From Desulfobacteraceae bacterium Eth-SRB1 (GTDB lineage: Bacteria > Desulfobacterota > Desulfobacteria > Desulfobacterales > ETH-SRB1): a stretch of 64,000 nt of DNA. Position 1 is the stretch's first letter. The number at the start of each line of letters is the position of its first letter. The translations under genes were made by a program, and so were the position numbers. Where the stretch lies: assembly GCA_004193555.1 (NCBI GenBank), contig RPGP01000001.1, forward strand, positions 192,114-256,113, written 5' to 3'. The notes below the pieces were generated by a model. That model was not told where the DNA came from. It did not search any database and worked only from the letters and a program-made list of their open reading frames with translations. Below, one piece after another: positions 27,026-36,117 of the stretch.

Positions 27026-27259
27026 ATGGGACAGATAGTAATTCAGGTGTCAGATAAAGAAAAAGCCGATATGTTGTTTAAGTTGCTCAACTCATTGGAT
27101 TTTGTCGATTTTGTCAGTCCACATATGGAAGAAAACAAGCAAACAACTACAACGGCAGGTGGTAAAAATCGTCTTGATTTTTTTTCTTTAGCAGGCTTGT
27201 GGAAGAACAGAAAAGTAGATCTGGAATTGATTCGCAAGAAAGCATGGCCGAGAGCGTAG
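27026..27259 (+). CDS. putative VapB-like antitoxin (orphan)
   Basis: The 77-aa ORF has the C-terminal motif AGLWKNRKVDLELIRKKAW, seen in small partners of PIN toxins. A PIN C-terminal remnant lies downstream. Confidence 0.4.
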   Translation: MGQIVIQVSDKEKADMLFKLLNSLDFVDFVSPHMEENKQTTTTAGGKNRLDFFSLAGLWKNRKVDLELIRKKAWPRA

Positions 27260-27390
27260 GTTGGGTTGAGGAACGAAACCCAACAATAATGATTGCGCAG
27301 AAGTGTATATTAATTGTGTAAAAGTAAAGTGGTTCATCGAAAGAAGATATGATGTTGGGTTGCTTCGCTTAACCCAACCTACGAACTACG
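27256..27390. repeat. small palindromic element with GTAGGTTGGGTT / AACCCAACCTAC termini
   Basis: The terminal inverted repeat is 12 bp. Each end is itself a mini-hairpin (gttgggtt-N9-aacccaac), and the right one carries the gcttcgct core. Confidence 0.7.
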
Positions 27391-27394
27391 AACT

Positions 27395-27487
27395 GCCCTG
27401 GAATATATGCTGGAACTTTATACGCTGAATACAAAGGACTTTCAGTTCATTCCAGGCTTGATACTGTACCATCCGCAAAGCTATTGA
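27395..27487 (+). pseudogene. PIN-domain toxin (VapC-like) C-terminal remnant
   Basis: The translation ALEYMLELYTLNTKDFQFIPGLILYHPQSY* matches the conserved VapC C-terminus (T.N.KDF..IPGL). The N-terminal ~100 codons are absent. Confidence 0.5.
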
Positions 27488-27538
27488 CATCGGGATTCAT
27501 TTGGCGTTTTTTATTAGCACACTTATAACTTTTTTTGC

Positions 27539-27566
27539 TTGACAATCCAGGCTGATACATATAAAT
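27539..27566 (+). promoter_or_regulatory. candidate sigma70-type promoter upstream of porin gene
   Basis: TTGACA at 27539-27544 is followed 16 nt later by ATAAAT at 27561-27566. Confidence 0.3.
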
Positions 27567-27758
27567 GTGTTAAAATTGATATAAGGATTAGGAATCAAAG
27601 GTTTTTTTCTTAACACTTAACAGCTAACACTTTCTTTAAAGGGGGTGATATCCGTTCAATTTGGCTAAAGGGTTGACATCCCATGATTAAATTCAAGAAA
27701 ATATAATATTTGGGTAAAAATTATTTGGATTAAACAATTTTTTAAGGAGAAAAAACAG

Positions 27759-29054
27759 ATGAAAAAATTTACTATAATGGCCTTGGCCGTGTGTTTGACG
27801 GTTGTTATGGCCGCGCCTGTTATGGCGGTTGACGTTGATTTCAGCGGCGCCTACAGGGTAAGAGGGGCTTATGTCTCTCACTGGGATCTGACCGACAAAT
27901 CGTCTTCAGTTGACTTTATGGACATGCGTTTCAGACTCCAGACCGTTTTCAAGGTCACAGACAACCTGTCTGTGACCACAAGGTTTGACGCTCTGGAGAA
28001 AGTATGGGGCGATGGAGACCTTCCTGCTGCTCCCGGCGATGATAACATCGACTTTGACCGTGCCTACATGACCATCAAGACCGACTTCGGCAAGTTTGAT
28101 GTCGGACGTATGAAAGGCGGAGCATGGGGAACAAGCTTTGTAGACAACGAGGGTGACTTTGACCGTATCAAGTTCACCAAGGTCATGGACAACCTGACGA
28201 CTATTGCTCTTTACCAGAAAAACGCAGAAAATGACGACCTTCGTGGCCTTGCAGATACTTATAGCCAGAGCACCTCAGACGAGGATTCCGAAAACTACTA
28301 CCTGCTCAACATATACAAGATGGAAAACATTACGGCCGGCTTGCTGTTAGCATTCAACAATAACAAGACCGTTGCAACCCAGACTACACACAAGTACATC
28401 GCAATCCCCTATTTTGTAAGCAAGTTCGGCCCCCTGGCCATTCAGGGCGAACTGGCATACAACTGGGGTCAAACAGACTATGATGCAGTCGGAACGGTTG
28501 ACCGCGACATCAAAGAGCTTGCCTACAACATCGAGGCATCTTATGACTTTGGTTTTCTCTCAGCGCTGGCCGGTTATGCGTATGTCAGCGGTGATGAAAA
28601 TGTTGCGGCAGACAATGAAGATTCTGCATACGGCGGTGTCGGAGATGACTGGGAAAAGCTGTTTATCCTTACAACAGATGAAGTTCCCGGACTTGTTAAT
28701 CTTGGCGGAGCCGGAAACCTTTCAAGAGATGGTGTTGCTGCTGCCGGCGCTGACTACGGCGCAAAGATCATTTACGCCGGCGCAAGCGTAAAGCCTGTCG
28801 AAAATGTGACACTGGGTTTCGTAATCGGCAAAGCTGACGCTGATGAAATCCCGGCTGCTAACACAAAAGACGACTACGGCGTAGAGTATGATTTTACGCT
28901 GAACTGGAAAATTTATGACAACCTGTCATACACAGCCATTGCAGCGTTTCTCTCAGCCGGAGATATCTGGTGGGAACAGGCTGGCTATGCTACAGAACCA
29001 AATGCTTTCGAAGACACCTATGCTCTGTTCCATCAGCTCCAACTGTCCTTTTAG
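27759..29054 (+). CDS. outer-membrane beta-barrel porin-like protein
   Basis: The ORF has a signal peptide ending VMA and an alternating beta-strand pattern. It is rich in D/G/Y and has a C-terminal LSF. Confidence 0.6.
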   Translation: MKKFTIMALAVCLTVVMAAPVMAVDVDFSGAYRVRGAYVSHWDLTDKSSSVDFMDMRFRLQTVFKVTDNLSVTTRFDALEKVWGDGDLPAAPGDDNIDFDRAYMTIKTDFGKFDVGRMKGGAWGTSFVDNEGDFDRIKFTKVMDNLTTIALYQKNAENDDLRGLADTYSQSTSDEDSENYYLLNIYKMENITAGLLLAFNNNKTVATQTTHKYIAIPYFVSKFGPLAIQGELAYNWGQTDYDAVGTVDRDIKELAYNIEASYDFGFLSALAGYAYVSGDENVAADNEDSAYGGVGDDWEKLFILTTDEVPGLVNLGGAGNLSRDGVAAAGADYGAKIIYAGASVKPVENVTLGFVIGKADADEIPAANTKDDYGVEYDFTLNWKIYDNLSYTAIAAFLSAGDIWWEQAGYATEPNAFEDTYALFHQLQLSF

Positions 29055-29092
29055 GTTAAGCTGATAGAAAACAGGTTTCTTAGCAGTTAAAC

Positions 29093-29130
29093 AAAAAAAC
29101 CCCTGACCGGAAACGGTCGGGGGTTTTTTG
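29093..29130 (+). terminator. intrinsic terminator after porin gene
   Basis: The 10-bp stem cccctgaccg/cggtcggggg has a GAAA loop and is followed by TTTTTTG. An A-run upstream makes it potentially bidirectional. Confidence 0.8.
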
Positions 29131-29262
29131 TTTAAACAGGTGTTAAGGGTTAGGTGTTAAGTGTTAAGAAAGGCAAGGAGAGTTTTCGGTCCGGCCGTGC
29201 GGGCAATGGGAGGGATTTTCGCATCTGTCTAATTGTCCAAGGCAACTACTTTATAATTTTGT

Positions 29263-29291
29263 TTGACAATATGGGATAAATACAATACATT
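29263..29291 (+). promoter_or_regulatory. candidate promoter with overlapping palindromes (possible antitoxin operator)
   Basis: The promoter is TTGACA-N17-TACATT. The palindromes ACAAT-AC-ATTGT and CATTG-N5-CAATG overlap the -10 region. Confidence 0.4.
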
Positions 29292-29325
29292 GTAATTCAA
29301 TGGGATGCAATAATCAGGAGGTTAT

Positions 29326-29760
29326 ATGAGCAGAGTTCAAACCGTGCAAAAAAGCTTGAGAATACCGAGGGAAACTTTTGATGATATTGAAAAAATTGCC
29401 GGCGAGACCGGACGTGAATTTTCAGCCATAGCCAAGGATCTCCTTGCAGAAGCCGTAAAAATGCGCCGATGTCCAGGCATTGTGTTCGTAGATGGTGTGA
29501 GAGGAAGAAAAGCCAAAATAGCAGGAACCGGGCTTGATGTCTGGGAAATCATTGCAACATATAAAAGCATTAATAATAAGTTCCCTCGCCTTCGCAAAGC
29601 ATATCACTGGCTTTCCGATCAGCAATTAAAAGCTGCAATCGGCTATTATACCGCTTATCGCGATGAGATTGATTATCTGATTAAACAAAATGAATCATGG
29701 AACAGCAAAACCGTTATTGATCGTTACCCTTTCCTTGATAAGGAGACTGTCCGAGAATGA
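29326..29760 (+). CDS. DUF433 domain protein with N-terminal ribbon-helix-helix-like region (putative antitoxin)
   Basis: The CopG-like N-terminus is SLRIPRETFDDIEKIA. The DUF433 core is PGIVFVDGVRGRKAKIAGTGLDVWEI. Confidence 0.7.
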   Translation: MSRVQTVQKSLRIPRETFDDIEKIAGETGREFSAIAKDLLAEAVKMRRCPGIVFVDGVRGRKAKIAGTGLDVWEIIATYKSINNKFPRLRKAYHWLSDQQLKAAIGYYTAYRDEIDYLIKQNESWNSKTVIDRYPFLDKETVRE

Positions 29761-29895
29761 GAGATTTTTTGCAAGGTCAAGGAAGGCGAAGATTTTAACC
29801 GCAGGAATACATTGAGTATTTTGAGGATTAAAATCTGAACCTGACGCAGAGATTGCGCAAAATAGCCATTCTCGGATAGCCTCCAAGGGCGATGC

Positions 29896-30243
29896 ATGAA
29901 ATATTACATAGATGAAGATCTAAGCCCAAAGATAGCTGAAATACTGCGAAAACAGAATGTCGACTGTATCAGTGTGCATGAAGTCAGTATGGTTCAGGCA
30001 TCTGATTTGGAGCAGCTAATGATGGCTGCCAAAAAAAAGCGATGTTTTGTCACAAAAAACAGAGATGATTTTATTCGTTTGACTGTACAGTTTTTTAATG
30101 ACCACATATCTCATTATGGCGTGCTGATTATTCCTTATACAATTCCCGGGGATCAATTTGCCCGTATCGCTGACAAACTTGTGAACTATGCTCTTAAACA
30201 CCCCGACGGAATGATGCCTTATACTGTTGATTTTTTGTCTTAA
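29896..30243 (+). CDS. DUF5615 (PIN-like) family putative toxin
   Basis: The N-terminus is MKYYIDEDLSPKIAEILR and the ORF is 115 aa. It has the usual partnership with a DUF433 gene. Confidence 0.7.
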   Translation: MKYYIDEDLSPKIAEILRKQNVDCISVHEVSMVQASDLEQLMMAAKKKRCFVTKNRDDFIRLTVQFFNDHISHYGVLIIPYTIPGDQFARIADKLVNYALKHPDGMMPYTVDFLS

Positions 30244-30271
30244 TCCAGTAATTACAATTTGATTTTCTTTT

Positions 30272-30351
30272 TTCGTGTTTTCGTGTTTTCGTGTTTTCGT
30301 GTTTTCGTGTTTTCGTGTTTTCGTGTTTTCGTACTTTCGTGCTTTCGTGAT
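30272..30351. repeat. 10-unit octamer tandem array (7 x TTCGTGTT + 3 variants)
   Basis: A direct count gives period 8. The array lies between the convergent DUF5615 and mutL genes. Confidence 0.9.
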
Positions 30352-30452
30352 TAAAACTGCTTTTCTCTGTGTACTCTGTGATCTCTGTGGTAAATACTTT
30401 TCTTCTTCGTGCTTCGTGGTAAATATTTTCTGTCATAGAAACACTTTAGCTA

Positions 30453-32330
30453 CTAAACTACTCTCCCAAACAATTTCTCAATTTCTCCTTTGCTCCACCT
30501 TATCCATGTAGGCCGGCCATGCGGACAGTGGGAAGAATTTTTGCATTTATCAAGCTGGTCGAGAAGACCTTTCATCTCTTTATCGGAAAGCGGATGGTTT
30601 GCCCTGATTGCCCCGTGGCAGGCCATGAGTATCAGGCATTTATCAATGGCTTTTTCAATGCCGGGCCCGAAACCTGTTTCTGCAATTTTTTCCGTAATCT
30701 CGATAACGAGCGGCCTGATCTCCCTGCCGGCAAGAACCGCCGGCACAGACTTTACCACAAAGGTATCTGATCCAAAGGGCTCTATTTCAAGACCGGTCTC
30801 CTTTAAATCAGGGATCAGCTTTTCAAGTATGCCTGCCTCTTTATAGCCCAGGTCAACTGTTTCAGGAACAAGCAGTCTCTGGGATTCTGTTTTCCCTGCC
30901 ATGGATCTGTTTTTCAGATGCTCATAAACAATTCTCTCATGTGCTGCATGCTGATCAATAATCAGAAGCTCCTTGTCCGACTCGCAGAGTATATATGTGT
31001 CATGAAACTGGCCGATTACCCGCAAATCGCCAACACCTTTTTTATCCCAGATTTGCGCCTGTTCGGAGGCTGGAGGTCGGAGGTCAGAGGCCAGAGGTCG
31101 GATGCCAGAGGTCGGAGATCGGAGATCGGAGGTCAGGGGTCGGCGGTCGGCGGTCGGCGGTCGGAAGTCGGAGATCAGAGGTCGGAGGTCAGAGGTCAGG
31201 GGTCGGAGGCCAGAGGTCGGAGGTCGGAAGTCGGAAGTCGGATCGGAAAAGGGTGTTGGAAAGCCGCTGTAACGGGAAGCAGGCTCGGAAACGGAAAGCC
31301 TGTCCTGCACGGACAATGGACCGGCGCTCCATCCTGCCCTTTCAGCGATTTCCAGTCCCCTTTTTACAGCTTGTTTTACAGCATAATGAACCATGTTCTG
31401 CTGCGCAAACCTGACTTCCTGCTTTGCCGGATGAACATTTACATCCACGCTGTCAAATGGCAGGTCAATAAAAAGAACCGCCACGGGGAACCGCCCTTTC
31501 ATCAATCTTTGTTCATATCCTTCAAACAGGGCATGCGAAATAATCCTGTCCCGCACAAACCTTCCGTTTACATACACATAGATTCCCCGGGATGTAGTCC
31601 GGTCAACTCCGGGAGATGATATCCAGCCGGCCACAGAAATATTATCGTCATCAAATTTTATCCTGTGCAACCCCCTTTTTAAACCGCTGCCGAGGACATC
31701 CACGACCCTGTCAAAAGGATCTGTTGCAACAGGCCGGCCTTTGACAAGCCTTCCGTTGTGATTCAGCAAAAATTTCACATCAGGCCTGCCCAGACCGATG
31801 CTCGAAATAATATCTGCGATATGCCCGAACTCTGTATTGACGCTCTTTAAAAACTTTCGTCTTGCAGGCACATTAAAGAAAAGCTGCTTTACTGTAACCA
31901 TGCTGCCTGTGGGCGCGCCGATTTGAGAAACCTTTTTAATCTTTCCTCCATGGATTAGTATCTCGGCGCCTGCATCAGAGGCCTTATCCCTCGTAACAAG
32001 GGAAAATTTTGATACCGAAGCAATGCTCGGCAGCGCCTCGCCCCTGAAGCCGAGACTCTTTATGGAAAACAGATCGTCGTTTTTGTAAATCTTACTGGTC
32101 GCATACCTCTCCAGGGAAAGAAGCGCATCGTCTTTGTTCATGCCGCAGCCGTTGTCTGAAACACGAATTAATGACCTGCCGCCGTTTTCAATCTCGATTG
32201 CTATCCGGCTGCTGCCCGCATCCAGCGCATTTTCGACAAGCTCCTTTACAACAGAAGCCGGCCTCTCCACGACTTCGCCCGCAGCTATCCTGTTTGAAAG
32301 GTTTTCGGGAAGTATTCTTATTTTCGACAT
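30453..32330 (-). CDS. mutL: DNA mismatch repair endonuclease MutL
   Basis: The N-terminal GHKL ATPase (IAAGEVVERPASVVKELVENALDAG) and the C-terminal endonuclease motif DQHAAHERIVYE are present. The linker carries a 7-aa periodic insert. Confidence 0.9.
   Translation of the reverse strand: MSKIRILPENLSNRIAAGEVVERPASVVKELVENALDAGSSRIAIEIENGGRSLIRVSDNGCGMNKDDALLSLERYATSKIYKNDDLFSIKSLGFRGEALPSIASVSKFSLVTRDKASDAGAEILIHGGKIKKVSQIGAPTGSMVTVKQLFFNVPARRKFLKSVNTEFGHIADIISSIGLGRPDVKFLLNHNGRLVKGRPVATDPFDRVVDVLGSGLKRGLHRIKFDDDNISVAGWISSPGVDRTTSRGIYVYVNGRFVRDRIISHALFEGYEQRLMKGRFPVAVLFIDLPFDSVDVNVHPAKQEVRFAQQNMVHYAVKQAVKRGLEIAERAGWSAGPLSVQDRLSVSEPASRYSGFPTPFSDPTSDFRPPTSGLRPLTSDLRPLISDFRPPTADRRPLTSDLRSPTSGIRPLASDLRPPASEQAQIWDKKGVGDLRVIGQFHDTYILCESDKELLIIDQHAAHERIVYEHLKNRSMAGKTESQRLLVPETVDLGYKEAGILEKLIPDLKETGLEIEPFGSDTFVVKSVPAVLAGREIRPLVIEITEKIAETGFGPGIEKAIDKCLILMACHGAIRANHPLSDKEMKGLLDQLDKCKNSSHCPHGRPTWIRWSKGEIEKLFGRVV
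31064..31245. repeat. ~26 tandem heptamers (plus strand YRGAGGT; coding strand ACCTCYG) inside the mutL linker
   Basis: A direct count was made. The array is translated as eight SDLRPPT-like 7-aa units. The same unit type occurs intergenically at 3889-3905 and 18975-19000. Confidence 0.9.
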
Positions 32331-32342
32331 GATATTTTTGTC

Positions 32343-33035
32343 TTAGCTGCCGGCTGCTCTTTCACTTACGAGCCTGATATAGATTGAATCCGTATAATCG
32401 GAAATAATCTTCTTGAAAGCTGTCAGGCTTTTCTCGTTTTCACCCATTGCCGCATAAATTCGGCCCAGATTGAAAAAAGCCTCATCTTTCATAATGGAAT
32501 CAGATCCTGAAGCAATCATTTCAAAATATTTTATTGCTGAATTGTAATCTTTATTTCCTTCATAAGAGTAACCAAGGCTGCTCAGAATAATATTTTCATA
32601 TGAACGATTATTCTTAAAGTCATGAAGCGCTTTATTATATAAGGCAATAGCCCTGTCAAAATTACCTGAATTATAACATATGTTGGCATAAACAACTTTT
32701 GTGAATTTTCCGGCATCCTTTTTTGAATATTTATCCAGAATTGTCTGGAAATCCTTTTCCACGGCAAGGTAAGCTTTGTCGTGCCCGTCTTTTTTCATAA
32801 TGGTTGCATATTTTTGCATTCCCTGTTCCAGCATGTCAAAGGCCCTGGTTTCGGCCTTATTTGAAAAATAACTAAAGCCTGCAACAGCAATCACAAGTAC
32901 AATCAATACGCTCAGCCCATATGATAACCGGGTTTTATATTTTATGGCCAGCGCAAACAGCCTGGATGTAAGCGTTATGAATTCATCGGGTTTATTAAGA
33001 AGCATTTTCCGCGCAATCTTTTTTTTCTTTGCCAT
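32343..33035 (-). CDS. tetratricopeptide repeat membrane-anchored protein (YfgM-like)
   Basis: A single TM segment is followed by TPR-like repeats. The start is MAKKKK after GGAGG. Confidence 0.6.
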   Translation of the reverse strand: MAKKKKIARKMLLNKPDEFITLTSRLFALAIKYKTRLSYGLSVLIVLVIAVAGFSYFSNKAETRAFDMLEQGMQKYATIMKKDGHDKAYLAVEKDFQTILDKYSKKDAGKFTKVVYANICYNSGNFDRAIALYNKALHDFKNNRSYENIILSSLGYSYEGNKDYNSAIKYFEMIASGSDSIMKDEAFFNLGRIYAAMGENEKSLTAFKKIISDYTDSIYIRLVSERAAGS

Positions 33036-33045
33036 TATTCCTCCG

Positions 33046-33558
33046 TTACCAGACCAGAGATTTATGAATCCAGCCTCTGTCTCCATCAGCATGCTGGATG
33101 TAAATCCAGTTGCCTTTAGATTTTATCACCTTAAACGGTATTCCATCTTCGACTGTAAATAATATATCATAGTTTGTGCCCGGGCCTGATCGAATATTGC
33201 ATTTAACCTTATTTGTAATAACAGATGAAATTTTACCGACAAGAGATTTGTGAATCCATCCTTTATCACCTTCAAAGTCGCGAAAACGATACCATGGGCC
33301 GGACTTCTCCAAAACAACAACAGGATGGTATTTCTCCACGTTCCATATGATATCGTACTTTGTTCCCGGCCCGGAACGGATATTTGCCAGAGAGACCTTT
33401 GTTGAGAGGCGCTCGGCCAGAGCATCAGCGCTGCAAATAATGAGCAGAACTGCAATGATAATGGGATATAGTATATTAAAATGCTTTTCAGGCCTTTTCC
33501 CAATAAACTTAATTCTAACTATGCTCAAATTTATTCCTTTGGTTGATTTGCGAAGCAA
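33046..33558 (-). CDS. SH3 domain (bacterial SH3_3) x2 protein
   Basis: There are two repeats of the N/CNIRSGPGT.YD...GWIHKSLV motif after a signal anchor. Confidence 0.65.
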   Translation of the reverse strand: MLRKSTKGINLSIVRIKFIGKRPEKHFNILYPIIIAVLLIICSADALAERLSTKVSLANIRSGPGTKYDIIWNVEKYHPVVVLEKSGPWYRFRDFEGDKGWIHKSLVGKISSVITNKVKCNIRSGPGTNYDILFTVEDGIPFKVIKSKGNWIYIQHADGDRGWIHKSLVW

Positions 33559-33570
33559 TGTAATAGGCTC

Positions 33571-35763
33571 CTAATTAAGTCCAATCAGCCTTCCTCCCTG
33601 ATAAACGCAAAAAGCTGCAACCCATGCAAGGGATGTGGTGTAAGCAATACTGAAAAACATCCACTTAAGGGAACCTGTCTCATGTTTAATTGCTGCTATT
33701 GTTGCAATACACGGCAGATACAAAAGAACAAAGATCATCATTGAAAGCGCTGAAAGAGGGGTCATGCCGGATGATATAATGGTTTTTTGAAGTGCGTCCT
33801 CCTCCTCTTCTTCGGCAGCATAAAGAATTCCCATTGTGCTGACAACTATTTCCTTGGCAACGAAGCCTGTAAGAAGGGCAACCCCGCCGCGCCAGTCTAT
33901 ACCAAGAGGAGCAAACAGCGGAGCAAATTTTTTCCCGATACGGCCCATAAACGATTTTTCCATTTTTTCCGCATCTTGAGCCAGTTTAATTTTACTTATA
34001 GCGGCCTCACGCTCTTCTTCAATAGATTTCATGCCGAAGCTATCAGCAGTTCTGGCGGCAGTTTTGATTTCTGCTTCATACAATGCATTGACTCCGGCAA
34101 TTTCCGCAGAATAATCGACAGAATACTGTATGTTCCTGGGAAATGCTGAAAGAGCCCATATAACAACAGAACCGATGAGTATAATACCACCCATCTTTTT
34201 TAAAAACATCTTGCCCCTGTCCCACATATGAATCAACACGCTCTTTAACATAGGGGCTCTGTACGGAGGCAGTTCCATTACAAACGGAGCATCAGCCCCT
34301 TTTAAGAGGGTGAACCGGAACAGGCGGCCTGAGATAAATGCAGCGATAATCCCGAAAATATAAATGGCAAATATTACGGTTCCGGCCTTAGCGCTGAAAA
34401 ATGTGCCTGCAAGAATTATATAAACAGGCAGTTTGGCAGAGCAGGACATAAAGGGGGTTATAAGTATGGTAAGTATGCGGTCCTTTTCACTTTCAAGGGT
34501 GCGGGTAGCTATGACGGCAGGGACACTGCAACCAAAACCCATTAGCATGGGAATAAATGATTTGCCGTGAAGCCCGATAAGATGCATTATCTTATCCATA
34601 AGAAAAGCTGCTCTTGCCATATATCCCGTATCTTCAAAGAGCGCTATGCAGAAAAACAGAATCAATATGTTCGGCAGAAAAATTATTACACTTCCCACTC
34701 CTGCAATTATTCCGTTTATAAGAAGATCCTTTAAAAGGCTGTCCGGAAGAAAGCTTTCAAATAATGCTGAAATACCGCCAACGCCCATGTCTATCCAGTC
34801 CATGGGATAAGCCCCTAATGAAAAGGTCAACTGGAACATGGCCCAGATAAAAAATATAAAAATAGGAAACCCGATAAACCGGTGCGTCAGCACAAGATCA
34901 ATATTCCGGGATATATCGATACGATTTTTTTGGGAAGTTGTAAGCACCTCCTTTATTATTCCGGCAATAAATCCGTACCTCTCATCTGTCATTACCATTT
35001 CAGGCTCTTCATGAAAACGATCTATAAGCTTCTTTCGAAGCTCTTGTATTTCCTGAATAATATCCTGACCGTTATCCCCGGCTTTTTGGACAACGCGTTC
35101 TTTGACAATCCTGTCATCTTCTAGCAGCTTAATTGCCGTCCACCTGCTATTATAAGGAAGTTTTCCGGCAATCTTTTTTTCAATTGAGCGTTGCAGTTTT
35201 GTGATTGAGTTCTCGATATCCTTGCTGTATTTAACTCTGCGCTTCTGCGAGATTTCGGATTCTGACTCCGCCAGTTCAATAGCTTTTTGCAAAAGTGTAT
35301 CAATACCCTCGTTTTTATTTCCAATCGTAAATACTACCGGCAGATCAAGGAGTTCGGACAGTTTTTCAGCATCAATCTTCAATCCGCGTGTGCGCGCAAC
35401 ATCAGCCATATTAAGGGCGAATATAACCTTGCAGTCGGTTTCTCTTAACTGGGTTGCAAGATAAAGGCTGCGTTCAAGGTTGGAAGCGTCGATTATATCG
35501 ATTAGAACATCCGGGCATTCTTCAAGGACATAATCCCGGGCAATGATCTCTTCAACAGAAAAAGGGGTTAAACTGTATGTCCCCGGCAGATCGACTATTT
35601 TAAGATCATAGCCGTGCTTACTGACAATTCCCTCTTTTTTTTCAACTGTTACACCGGGCCAGTTTCCGACTTTCTGCCTGGTTCCGGTGATATTGTTAAA
35701 CAGAGTCGTCTTTCCTGAATTTGGATTGCCTGCAAGAGCTATGGTAATATTTTTATTATGCAT
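33571..35763 (-). CDS. feoB: ferrous iron transporter FeoB
   Basis: The N-terminal G-domain carries GNPNSGKTTLFN, followed by a polytopic C-terminus. The ORF is 730 aa. Confidence 0.95.
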   Translation of the reverse strand: MHNKNITIALAGNPNSGKTTLFNNITGTRQKVGNWPGVTVEKKEGIVSKHGYDLKIVDLPGTYSLTPFSVEEIIARDYVLEECPDVLIDIIDASNLERSLYLATQLRETDCKVIFALNMADVARTRGLKIDAEKLSELLDLPVVFTIGNKNEGIDTLLQKAIELAESESEISQKRRVKYSKDIENSITKLQRSIEKKIAGKLPYNSRWTAIKLLEDDRIVKERVVQKAGDNGQDIIQEIQELRKKLIDRFHEEPEMVMTDERYGFIAGIIKEVLTTSQKNRIDISRNIDLVLTHRFIGFPIFIFFIWAMFQLTFSLGAYPMDWIDMGVGGISALFESFLPDSLLKDLLINGIIAGVGSVIIFLPNILILFFCIALFEDTGYMARAAFLMDKIMHLIGLHGKSFIPMLMGFGCSVPAVIATRTLESEKDRILTILITPFMSCSAKLPVYIILAGTFFSAKAGTVIFAIYIFGIIAAFISGRLFRFTLLKGADAPFVMELPPYRAPMLKSVLIHMWDRGKMFLKKMGGIILIGSVVIWALSAFPRNIQYSVDYSAEIAGVNALYEAEIKTAARTADSFGMKSIEEEREAAISKIKLAQDAEKMEKSFMGRIGKKFAPLFAPLGIDWRGGVALLTGFVAKEIVVSTMGILYAAEEEEEDALQKTIISSGMTPLSALSMMIFVLLYLPCIATIAAIKHETGSLKWMFFSIAYTTSLAWVAAFCVYQGGRLIGLN

Positions 35764-36014
35764 TACCTTAAATTCTCTTTTAAACTATTGACCACATTAT
35801 CAACGGTTATTTGCGCTGCTTCTTCGACACGAAGGGATATATGATAGCCCTTTAAAATCAATTCAAGAGGATCTTTCAGGGGGGCATATTTTTCCACGTA
35901 TATCTCAGTGCCGTTAATTAAACCCATTTCAAGTATCCTTCTTCGCAGGGCGCCATTTCCTCCAACGTGAACTATAATACCGGTTTGTCCTTCTTTCATT
36001 TCACTAAGCAGCAT
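35763..36014 (-). CDS. feoA: ferrous iron transport protein FeoA
   Basis: The 83-aa SH3-like ORF has a LRRRILEMGL motif. It overlaps feoB by 1 nt. Confidence 0.85.
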   Translation of the reverse strand: MLLSEMKEGQTGIIVHVGGNGALRRRILEMGLINGTEIYVEKYAPLKDPLELILKGYHISLRVEEAAQITVDNVVNSLKENLR

Positions 36015-36046
36015 AAATAAATCTCCGGTCAGGTTAAAAGTTTTTA

Positions 36047-36067
36047 CGGGCGGGTTTATCCCGCCCG
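36047..36067. other. GC-rich hairpin between FmdB-like gene and feoA
   Basis: The 8-bp stem cgggcggg/cccgcccg has loop tttat. There is only a weak U-run on the minus strand. Confidence 0.35.
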
Positions 36068-36117
36068 CACTTAGGTCTCGGCAAAAAAATACGCAAAAGT
36101 TATCTCGTCCCCGTTCC

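Noticed and set aside
30918-31619. These are plus-strand ORFs of 233 aa and 139 aa rich in RSEVGGQRSE, antisense to mutL.
   Set aside because: They are artefacts of reading the heptamer array on the opposite strand. They are low complexity, lie fully inside a well-supported mutL CDS and show no start context.
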